From positions 64,418,001-64,482,000 of the forward strand of contig NC_043005.1 in the NCBI RefSeq assembly GCF_006345805.1: a stretch of 64,000 nt of DNA, in the 5' to 3' direction. The translations under genes were made by a program, and so were the position numbers. The DNA comes from Octopus sinensis. Its lineage: Eukaryota. Under the pieces are notes generated by a model. It searched no databases. It worked only from the letters and a program-made list of their open reading frames with translations, and was not told the origin of the DNA. Shown here one piece after another: positions 37,269-49,198 of the stretch; the stretch's first letter is position 1, and every line of letters begins with the position of its first letter.

Positions 37269-40200
37269 ATGACTGTCCACTCGGGACAGAGGAAGGCCAT
37301 TGCTGACCTTTAGGAACATTTTGAACATCTAGGACTAACTTATATTTTGCATTTGCGGCTCTGCTGATGGCTAATGAGCCCTGCTCTTGACAAGCATACA
37401 CAACTACAAACATTGCAAATCAAGCTTTCCCCATTCACTATACTAGTAGTGCACTTTTGAGAAGCATACTTAACTTCTTCATGCAGAATACACGCTCTTT
37501 CAAAGCTGTAGACCTTCTCCTTAACTTGCTTTCTCCGTCTGTAGTGATGACATGCATTGCTTTCCTAGTCAGTCTCCTGCATACAACAAGCTTTTAATGA
37601 GGACTTTACACAGTCCTTAAATCACAGCCTTGGTTTCTGCTGGAGTTTCTTTCCACTAACAAATTCCCTATATAGCATCTGTTTAGGGATCCTGCTATCT
37701 TTCATTCTAATGAGAACCCAGGTTCAAAATTTCTCCAAGACACCTGATGAAGGCTGGAGTGTATATCAGCCGAAACACTGTATTAACAACAAACAAGATG
37801 AGGACAAATATCCGTCAAATGTAAATAATGTACATAATTCCTCATCTCTCAAATATAGAACTGAAGTTCAGACATGGTTGGAATACATTTGACCTGTAAA
37901 AAAAAGCCTGTTTACACATCAGTTTGCCATTGAAAAAAATGCTTGCTTTAGGCAATAGGTATCAAAAGAACAACAGCCATTTTATGGCACCTTCTGGCAG
38001 AACGGTGATGGCATTTCTAGTCTCTTGGCTATCATCAGCACCATGTAAGACATGAGACACAATCCTAAAATGACCTTGGAAGCTTTTGCTTGCTTATAGG
38101 GAATCAGTATCAAAACATGGACTGACTATTGAAGGTTGAAAATATAAAACATTTGAAAAAAAATAATTGTTTCAGTAAATGCTGTATGTGATAAATCTAT
38201 GGAGACATAACAGAGTATTAAAGCTGAAGGATTACTTGAGGATTAAAGAAACCAGTCATCCAAAAATAATTGGGACGTCCTTCAAACACCCAGTTGTAAA
38301 ACTGTTCATTTCTTTCAATGAGATCTGTGAACCAAAATCCTAAAGTTGCAGCATCCCATGAAATCTAAAAATGACAAAAAAAAAAGAAAAAGATTTATAA
38401 AAGATGGTTATTTGCTACTTTGTTTTATATTATTTTAGAAAGAATTAAAATTGTCCAAAAAACAGAAAGTCAATATTTCATTTCATTCACACATAAATTA
38501 TCAGGTCAATTGTTTGTGTATTCCATCCCACCAAGTTCATAGCACCCAAGCACCCGTTTTTTTATCATAGATTTTTTTCATGGAACTCTTGTATACTAAT
38601 GACTCAGTTTTCACAGCTGAATTGACAAAAGGTTCAGAAAGGAAATTCAAATATTGAACAAAACCTACAATGGAAAAGACTCAAAGACTAATGTTTTTAA
38701 TTAGCAGGAAAGGTGACATGACAGTAAAGTGGCCCAAGTTTCATGTACTGAAAAGGAATAGGTAAGAATTCTATGTAGTGTTTCCATTTTAGATGATGGA
38801 CACACAAGAGATGTAATGGGATTACAGTCAAGCTAACAGAGAAGGTAAATAGCAGAAGTATTTGATAACATTTGTACCTTAGTTGATCTAATTAGCAGTG
38901 ATAATAATGTTTGTCCAGAAACATAGGAGAGGAAGTTCAGAAAGCTTTTACTTCTGCTAACAAAGGGTTTCTCTCTCTCTCTTCCCCCCCCCCACTCTCT
39001 CTCTCTCTCTCTGAGTGAGTGACAGATTTTATGAGGGTTGCATACTAAGTGCAATGGTACATGATAGAAAGATGTGGGCTTTGAATGTGGAGGATTTGTG
39101 AAGGTTTGAAAACAAAATGAACTGAGCATATTTTGCTGGTCGTATAAATGATGGAGAACAAATTAGCTGAGGGGAAAATTTGATTATAAGAAGAACTGGA
39201 TATAGCGTATAAGAAAGAAAACTGTAACTGTATGAGAAAGTGATACATTTGGAAGACGCTAGTTGTCTAAAGAAGCGCTGAGTATTCCAAGAGAAATATA
39301 AGAGGGAGACAAAGTGAAAAACAGGACAAAGTGATGAATTACAGCAATGAAGAAAACCCACTCAACCGCAGTAAAAATAGAAAAATAGGCATAGACATAA
39401 TGATGATGGTGGTGGTGATGGAGGTTGAGATGTGCAATATCTCTTACTGAGTGGAGGTGCAATGGCCCAGTGGTTAGGGCAGCGGACTCACGGTCATAGG
39501 ATCGCGGTTTCGATTCCCAGACCAGGCGTTTGTGAGTGTTTATTGAGCGAAAACACCTAAAGCTCCATGAGGCTCCGGCAGGGGATGGATGGTGGTGATC
39601 CCTGCTGTACTCTTTCACCACAACTTTCTCTCACTCTTACTTCCTGTTTCTGTTGTACCTGTATTTCAAGGGGCCGGCCTTGTCACTCTCTGTGTCACGC
39701 TGAATATCCCCGAGAACTACGTTAAGGGTACATGTGTCTGTGGAGTGCTCAGCCACTTACACGTTAATTTCACGAGCAGGCTGTTCCGTTGATTCGGATC
39801 AACAGGAACCCTCGTCGTCGTAACCGACAGAGTGCTTCCTCCTATCTCTTACTGAGTCACTTCTGATTATTCTCTTCATATCAAGCCTCCAAAAGCTCTC
39901 TCTTCTCTCACTCACATCCTTTCCTGTCAATGTATCGCCCAAAATTTTTTTCTGCTTCTCTTATCTGCCTGTTTCACAAGGGATGGTACCACATTGTATC
40001 TCTCTCTCTCTTTATTCAGTCTCCCTTGCCATCACTCCCAAATCATTGTAAGTCAACACACAATCTCTTCCTCTTATTTCTTACTCCCCAGTCACTCATT
40101 ATTGATATCCATCATTCCTATTCTCTCATCATTACTCATCATTATTGCTACTCATCTCTCTCTTTCTCACTCTGTCCTGCCCAATTCATTTGCCAGCTGA

Positions 40201-40535
40201 TGGTGAACAAAGCAAGGGAGATACCACAAGGTAAAGATAACTATTCAGTTCTGCTGGAGCCATAACATTTTTAGCACTGGTGCAGTGAGAAGCTATTCCT
40301 AGTTTACACTGTAAAGTGGTTGACAATAAGGAGATGCAGAAGGACCATACAAGGTAACTTAGAAGTTAGGTGTTGTGACAGGGAGTGCATCCAGCCATTA
40401 AATACAGCTTCAGAAGACCTCTCCAGAACATACCAGTTTGGAATAGCAGATGTCAGAATGTCAAACAATGCTACTGATGATGATTATATGAGTGTGTTGT
40501 GCATGTATCTCTCTTTCTCTCTGTATATACATTTC

Positions 40536-40572
<37 letters not shown>

Positions 40573-43500
40573 GAAATATTAAAATTACTAAGTCTCTATA
40601 AAAGAGATTATGGCAGCGTTTACTGGAAATTAATTGTTATCGCCATATTAATATGGCATTCTTATAGATATAAGAATAATCGCTGCCATGGTCAGCTCCA
40701 TGAGGCCACCGCCATCAAGATAGCTATTGATACACGATCTGTATCCATTATAACCTTCGAACAAGGGAGGTCAGCCGCTTCACACTGCCAGTCTGACAGC
40801 TACAGACGCGTTTCGGGGTATTGCCCCTTGTCAATGTAGCGCAGTCAGACCCGCAGGTGTCGCCACTGACGTCTCTGTTCGAAGGCTTATAAACTTTGGG
40901 TCAAAAAAATTGTTGTTTCTGGAAATATCATGCTACAAATAAATTAATTATAAAACTGAAGTGAAATACAAACAGTGCATATGTTTAAAGTGTGTGTGTG
41001 TGTGCATGCATACATGTGTGCATGAATGTGTTATACATACAGACTCAAAAGCTAATGTTTGCAATCTAGCTTTCACAAAAATTATTATTGGATTTGAAAT
41101 AAATATTGGGTTACAAAGGATTGTAATTTATTTTTCTCAATGATATTACTTTTTATTATTTTTATTATTTTTATTATTTTTATTATTGAATTTTACTTTG
41201 TTAATATTTTGGGAAGATGAAAAGGTTGCCAATACATGACTGTAGATATTTCTCTCATCAGATTTCAGCTTGTATTCAGTCACAAGTGTTGTACTGCTTA
41301 TTTTGTGCTGAAAATTTCACATTTCTTAAAAGTACATCCTTGCTTAAGTTTTCTATTTCACATTTGAATTCATCCTATTACTTTTGATTGGTATTTATTA
41401 CAATAATATGTGATAAAATAGAATCCACTAGGTTATCAGAAAAACCAATGAAACTTCATTGTTATGTGCATTATATGATAACTAGCAGTATCACCTGGTG
41501 TTGCTCAGGTTTATTTCGACCCTTTAGAATTGGAATTTTTGAAAAGTAAAAATTTTGCATTATGTAGCTTGTTATTCTCTTTAAGTGAACATTTTTCTGG
41601 TTGAAATACACCGAAAAATGGCGACACAGGAGTAAAAAAATCATAAAAAATAGGGATTTTCATAGAAAAAAAAGCACCTTTTTGATGTAAATGATTTTTG
41701 GTGTTAACATTGTCTGATTTGAATTTTTTCTTCTATGGGAGGAAGAGCAAGCCTTCTTCTATCATACTCTCAATTTTGGTCAACTTGCACCGCAGGGTCT
41801 CGGAGGAGATAGTGTTAGTTGAAGGCTACCAAACCTGCCATACACAGACAACTTCAGCTTTATATATACAGAGATTTGAATATAAACTGAAATTGTCCCC
41901 AGCTATTTCAACAAGGTCTATGTGAAAGTTTGAGCTCAGTATTGCAAGCTAAGAAAAAATACCAATTGAGTTACTTCCCTGTAAACTAAACCTCTCTGTT
42001 AAGTTAAATTTACTCGGTTAATCAGAAATTAAAAAGGAGTCATTGATTTTTGTCACTTTGGTAACTCAATTTATTCCTGTAGATGCTAATTTCATTTGAA
42101 AATAATTTCATACTTCAATTTAGTTTTACTAGAAATGGAATAACATCTAGCATTAGTAATACTTCAAACAATGATTTACTGTTGACTAACCTTCTTCCAG
42201 GAGACTGGCACTCTTGCATTAAATATGTTGTCTAAAGCATCTCTAAGATTCTCATTGATGATGATTGTACCATCTATACCAAGTTTCAGGTTGACCAATG
42301 TGCTACGAACTGCTGAAATAACTAATTGCATGCGGTCCACTTCTTGTCGCAGAAAGATATTCATGGGCTGGATTATTCCCATCTTTTTTAGACGTTCTTT
42401 CACCTAGAATATATTTACCAATATAAGACAACAATTCAAATATGTTTTCTTTACTAGCCACACAGGGCTGAACACAGAGGGGACAAATTACAAGGTAGAG
42501 CTTTTCTTTTTGGAGAGAAAAAAAAAAGAAAAAGAAAAAAAGGTGGGTAGGTTTTCGATCAGAAGGGATCGTAAAAAAAGAAAGGAAAAAAAACTATCAA
42601 TAGGGATCGTGTATCACAGAAATGTCATGATGTAAAGTGTAAAGGGGGAAACAGATAAGGTTCATCCATGGAAAGAAGAGCCTACGGAAAGTACCATGGT
42701 AACCTCGGTCAATAATGTCACATGTTAACACATTTATTTGCAAGTAAATAACTCTGTTTTAAATTTTTCCGGGTTCATAGGATTATGCTCAAGGTAGCTT
42801 TGTCATCCATACGTGCCATCCTTGCTACATTCACCCATCTTTTTTTTTAAACATTTGCTAGACAAAATTTGCCTCTCTACTCTCACTTTCCTTTTCAAGT
42901 GATACTTGAAGAAGTTGATGAGAGATTGACCAGAGAGGAAAGTGTTTGTCTCTAATCCTTTCAAACGCGTCCACCAGATACATTCTTTCGCCATAGCCAC
43001 AAGTATGATGAAAATAGCTCTTCCTTCCCGTTTGAAAGAAGGCAACAACAATTCAAACAGAAACTAAAACCAGTAGATTTATGTTGCTCAGAATCACCAT
43101 TTTGATATTCATTATCAGATGCACAAAAGTTCCATTTCTTCCTTTGAAATTAGTCCAGAAATTTGTAGGAAGGAGAATCAATGAATCCCTGACAATATAA
43201 TACTGTTATCTATTTTATTGATCCAGGAAAGCTAAACTCATACTCGTTTTGAGTAAATTTACCAAGAGCTCACTATAATGGTTTACAAGAAAAATATTTA
43301 CCATATAAAAGTTTATAAAAAAAAAGACCTCACCTTTTTCAAACCTAGCCAGACTCATGGGCCCGGTTTCCTGGTTTCTGTGGCGTATGTATTCCCCCCA
43401 GCTGGACGGGATGCCAGTCCATTGCAGTGTTACTCAAGAAACAGGAAGACAGAGTGAGAGAAAGTTGTGGTGAAAGAGTACAACAGGGGTCAACGCTACC

Positions 43501-46500
43501 CCTGGAGCCCCGTGGAGCTTTTAGGTGTTTTCACTCAATAAACACACACAACACCTGGTCTGGGAATCGAAACTGTGATCCTTTGGCTCGTGAGTCCACT
43601 GCCCTAACCACTGGGTGATTGCATCTCTACTAAATGCGCCCCTTTAAAGCCTAGCTAGGCTCAGGGGCCTGGTTTCCGAGTTTCAATGGCCAGTCCATTG
43701 CAGCGCTACTCATTTTTGCCAGCTGAGTCGACTGGAGCAACGTGAAATGAAGCATTTTGCTCAAGAACACAACGCGTCGCCTGGTCCAGCAATCAAAACT
43801 ACAATCTTATGATTATGATGCTGACACCCTAACCACTAAGCCACGTGACTCCACATAAAAGTTTATAACCAGCACAAAAACAGAAAATTTCCAAAATACT
43901 CTATAGCTAAAATTTTATTTCCAACAGAATATGAACTCAAAACATAAAATAAAACAAATTTTCAGTGTTCTGGGTTCAAATCCTATTATCAGCAGTTTGA
44001 ACTTTCATCCAGCTTGGATTAATGAAATAAATACCTGTGAAAATATGTGAGTAAATTGATTGTTATACCAACTCTTCTACAATATTAACTTTTCATCAGC
44101 TCAAAATTGAATATTTCAATTATAATCATCTACATCCGAAATAACAACACGCTTATTCCAGTAGTTGTACAAACATCAAGCTAAGTAAAACCGATGGTTG
44201 TCCTTTCATACAGGCTGTCCCCTGCATACCTCTCCAACTGAGTGCCCCTAATCTTATAGGTTCTGGGTACTGGTGTCACATAAAAAGCACCTGTTCCATG
44301 TAAACACACCCATGCCAGTGCTGTGTAAAAGCACCTGGTACAGTCTGTAAAGTGGTTGGCATTAGGAAGGGCATCCGGCCATAGAAAATGTGCTAAAATG
44401 GTCAAGGAGCCTGGGCAGCTCTACAGCTGGTCAGTTCGCAATCAAACCGTCCAACCCATGCCAGCATGGAAAATGGATATTAAAGAGTGATGATGATTCT
44501 GATGCAAAAATTTGTATTTACCTCAAATGGGTTATAATTATGTGGCATTTTCTCAAGCATGTCATCAGCATGTCTGTAGACAACACTTTCTCTAGTCTCA
44601 CCTTCTCCACCTCGGGATTCTTTTGGTTGAATATTCATCATAGTCAAAAGTAGATCATTGGCTGTATTGGTTTGATATCTGAAATATGTGAAGCAATAAA
44701 TTATCCTTTTATTATTATCTTTAAGGTTGTTGTTTCTTTTTTTAAATTTCCCTTATATTTTTTTAATCAAAATCAATATCAAATTCGATGACTGGCATCC
44801 GTGCTAGTGGAGCGCTAAGAGCACCATCCGAGCATGATCATTGCCAGAGCAGCAAACTGGCTTCTGTGCCAGTGACACATAAAAAGAACCATTCGAACAT
44901 GATCATTATCAGCGTCGCCTTACTAGCACGTGAAAAAAACATTCGAGCGAGATCGTTGCCAGTGCCACTGGACTGGCTCCTGTGCAAGTAGCACATAAAA
45001 ACACTATCTGAGCATGGCCGTTGCCAGTACCGCCTGACTGGCCCTCATGCCTGTGGCATGTAAAAGCATCCACTACACTCTCGGAGTGGCTGGCATTAGG
45101 AGGGGCATCCAGCTGTAGAAACTCTGCCAGATCAAGACTGGAGCCTGGTGCAGCTATCTAGTTCGCCAGTCCTCAGTCAAATCGTCCAACCCATGCTAGC
45201 ATGGAAAGCAGATGTTAAACGATGATGATGATAATGACGATGTAATATTTTATGTTTAATTCTTCAAAGTCCTATATTGCAAGTAACTGCAACTGTAAAC
45301 AATTCCTAAACCAGATGTAACCACAATTTAAAAAGCATTGTTTGTGAGTCAAACACTGGCAATAAACATGCTGCTTTGTGAGAAACAAAGTTTAACTTCA
45401 TTTTAGAAAGAAGTTCCCATGTGTGTTTAATTTTTATGCTTATTTACTAATGTTCCTTTTGTTTTATCAACTGAATTTCTTGAGATTTTTCTTCCTTTGA
45501 TTTTGCATATAATGGTGGTTAATATTTCAAGAAGTGGAATTAAAATTTTGTATTATTATTCGTTATCGATTTATTTAATGTCATTTATTTGTTAGTGAAT
45601 TAATTATAGGAAGATAGCTTGAACTCAATATAATAATAAGAATTAAGAAGAATTGTAAGTTAGTGTCATCTGCACTATTGATCTTAGTGGTATCAGAAAT
45701 TATCAATTCTGAGCAAGAGTGTATCAAATGATATTGCCTTAATCCTTTTGTTAATGAATGGTGAGGATTAAAAAAAATTAAAATATTAATTTTCTGATAT
45801 ATTTTCAATATGGCATCTCTATATACTGGATGACATATATGGGGAGTATTATTACAGCAATAAGAATAAATGACTCTAATTTGTTGAACCTTACAAAACC
45901 TTTCTAATTTGGAAATGACAGCACATCTGAATTTTTTTCTTATGCGAGCTTTACTGCTTTCAAGTTTCAGAGACTAACCGGAGTACAAATTCAGCTTTGA
46001 GACAAGAAATCAAATCATCCACCAGTTATTCTTAGGAACTTAGTCAGTAATGTAGGTAGACGAATATCATCAATTTCTTCGGATGAGGCAGCATTCCAAA
46101 ATGCTGCACCTTATTACGATAGCACATTAAGGAATAGTGGATTCTCTGAGAAGATCCAGTATAACCAATTTAATGCTAGTAGTAATGCTACACATAGAAC
46201 TAAGACTAGGAAAGTTTTGTGGTTCAACCCAGCTTTCAATTTGGCCGTAAAAACAAACATAGCTAGGGAATTCTTGAAATTAGTCTCAAGGCATTTTCAA
46301 CGGATCATAAATTTTATAGAATATTTAATAGAAGAACGCTTAAGATCAGCTATTCTTGCTGCAGAAACTTCGCCTCTTTCGTTAACCAACACAACAGTAG
46401 GATAATTGCTAATAAGCATAGTGCCGATCCTCTTAAAAAATATATTTAACCTGCCTGAGTGATGTGACAAATAAAAGCCATACCTACAATGTATACCAAT

Positions 46501-49165
46501 GATCATTAAACTGTCATCAATTTCATCCAAATTCATGCAATAGTTATATTTTTGTGATTTTATACAAGACCAAGTATATCTCATCAAAGTTTCTATTTTC
46601 CAGCTGGATGAAGAGACTTATATACAGGAAACATTGCAGGACTTTAAGAGCTAAAGTTGAACAATATGCAGATATTGAACAATATGCAGGAGTGGCTGTG
46701 TGGTAAGTAGCTTGCTTACCAACCACATGGTTCCGGGTTTAGTCCCACTGTGTGGCATTTTGGGCAAGTGTCTTCTACTATAGCCTCGGGCCAACCAAAG
46801 CCTTGTGAGTGGATTTGGTAGACAGAAACTGAAAGAAGCCTTGTCGTATATATGTATGTATATATATATATATGTGTGTGTGTATGTTTGTGTGTCTGTG
46901 TTTGTCCCCCTAGTGTTGCTTGACAACCGATGCTGGTGTGTTTACGTCGCTGTCTCTCGGTGGTTCGGCAAAAGAGACCGATAGAATAAGTACTGGGCTT
47001 ACAAAGAATAAGTCCCGGGGTCGATTTGCTCGACTAAAGGCGGTGCTCCAGCATGGCCGCTGTCAAATGACTGAAACAAGTAAAAGAGTAAAGAGTAAGA
47101 GTATAAATATAGCCATATGTTTACAATAAGTCTTGCATAAGATCTTGTATTGACTGCTAAGTAAGTAAACTGACAACTTTGGAAACAACTGAAGGGCTTG
47201 CACACAGGAAAACATAAATTTACAGATGGCCATGCTCAAATAGTGTTTTTTACATGCCACCTGCACAGGAGCCAATCCAGCAGCACTTGCAACGACCTCA
47301 CTCAAATTTTTTCACATGCCACCGGCACAAGTGCCAGTAAGGCGACGCTGGTAACAATCATGCTTGAATGGTGCTTTTTACGTGCCACTGGCATGGAAGC
47401 CAGTTTGCTGCTCTGGCAACGATCACACTCGGGCGGTGCTCTTAGCACCCTACTAGCAAGGGGCTCAAGTGCCAGTAAGGCGATGCTGGTAACAATCATG
47501 CTCAAATGGTGCTTTTTACGTGCTACCGGCTCGGAAGCCAGTTTGCTGCTCTGGCAACGATCGTGCTTGGATGGTGCTCTTAGCGCTCCACTAGCACGGA
47601 TGCCAATCATCGAATTTTATTTCAATTTTGATTAAAAAAAAACATAAGAGAAAAACTTGCATACAATATTATACAGAAGGAGGAACTTTAATGGTTTCAA
47701 ATGTTATTTAAATAGAAACTGAAATTTTATGGAAGAATATTTGTTCTGACAATGCAAAGCATTATTTAGGTTTGAAAATGTACTCTTACGTAATATCAGC
47801 ATTGGGATGTAAACCAAAAGCTTGTGGTGTGTCCACAGGAGGGAGTTGTTCAATAAACTGGCGGAAATCCTCAAGCATCCTTGATTTTGGTATTGTGTAA
47901 CCTGTTAATAAAGTCCAAATATCTTCCTATGTAACTATAAAATAGTAGTAAATTAGATAATTAATAAGCTTTTATTTCTGTTTAATTAAGATGTTCATTC
48001 TCAGAAGGAAAGGCGGTATAATCAGTCACACACAGAGCAAGATAAACTTTATTTCATTACAAATTAGAACATAATTTCATTTATTGAATTGGTTACACAT
48101 AAATTATAGCAAATATGCCTTTTATAAGTAGGATGAAAGAAGGTGCATGGCTTAGTGGTTAGGGTAATTGGCTCACAATTGCTATAAGGCCAGGAGTTCG
48201 ATTCTTGGAGGTGCATCAGGTCCTTGAGCAAGACACTTTATTTCCTGTTGCTCCAGTACACTCAGCTGGCAAAAATGAGTAATACCTGTATTTCAAAGGG
48301 CCAGCTTTATCACATTCTGTGTTACACTGAATCTCTCCAAGACTTATATTAAAGGTACATGTGACTGTGGAGTGTTCAGCCACTTGCACGTTAATTTCAC
48401 ATGCAGGCTGTTCTGTTGATCAGATAAACTGTTTTCCCTCATTATCATAACTGACGGAATAGCAGTAAATAGAATACAAAATGTTTAATAGATAGGATAT
48501 TGAAGAAATGCATTTGTCATACAAAGTTATTGTATGTTAATGCCACTGTTAACATCCAACAGTGTATGCTGAGCAATAATCCTATCTTTTTTTAAAGAAA
48601 AGGGGTTTAACATTAAACAAAATATATCCACTGTTATGACAGCAAGAGAAACAAAAGCACCCACAAGAGGCAGAGAATTAGAGCTTTTCTACTACTGGAA
48701 TCTTGCTGTAAACATCTTGGAAGAATGTAACTGATGAATGTAATTTTTAAAGTAGATCTCACCAAAAACAGGCATGGCTGTGTGGTAAGAAGATGAGCTG
48801 GCAGAAACGTTAGCACACCAGGCGAAATGCTTAGTGGTATTTTTGTCTGCCGTTATGTTCTGAGTTCAAATTCCGCTGAGGTCGACTTTGCCTTTCATCC
48901 TTTTGGGGTCAATAAATTAAGTACCAGTTATGCACTGGGGTCGATGTAATCGACTTAACTCCTTTGCCTGTCCTTGTAAGTTCCCTCTATGTTTAGCCCC
49001 ATGTGGGCAATAAAAAAATAAGAAGCTTGCTTCCTGACGACATGGTTCTGGGTTCAGTCCCACTGCATTGCACTTTGAGCAAGTGTCTTCTACTATAGCC
49101 TTAGGCCGACCAAAGCCTTGTGAGTGGATTCAGCAGATGGAAACTAAAAGATGCACGTTATATGA

Positions 49166-49198
<33 letters not shown>

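Noticed and set aside
39453-39530. tRNA gene (also the heads at 8209, 46683, 61031)
   Set aside because: A and B boxes are present but run straight into SINE bodies; no complete cloverleaf or acceptor stem.
44545-44570. CTGATGA...GAAAA inside dynein exon E10
   Set aside because: Coincidence of codons (ADDMLEK); no stem II.
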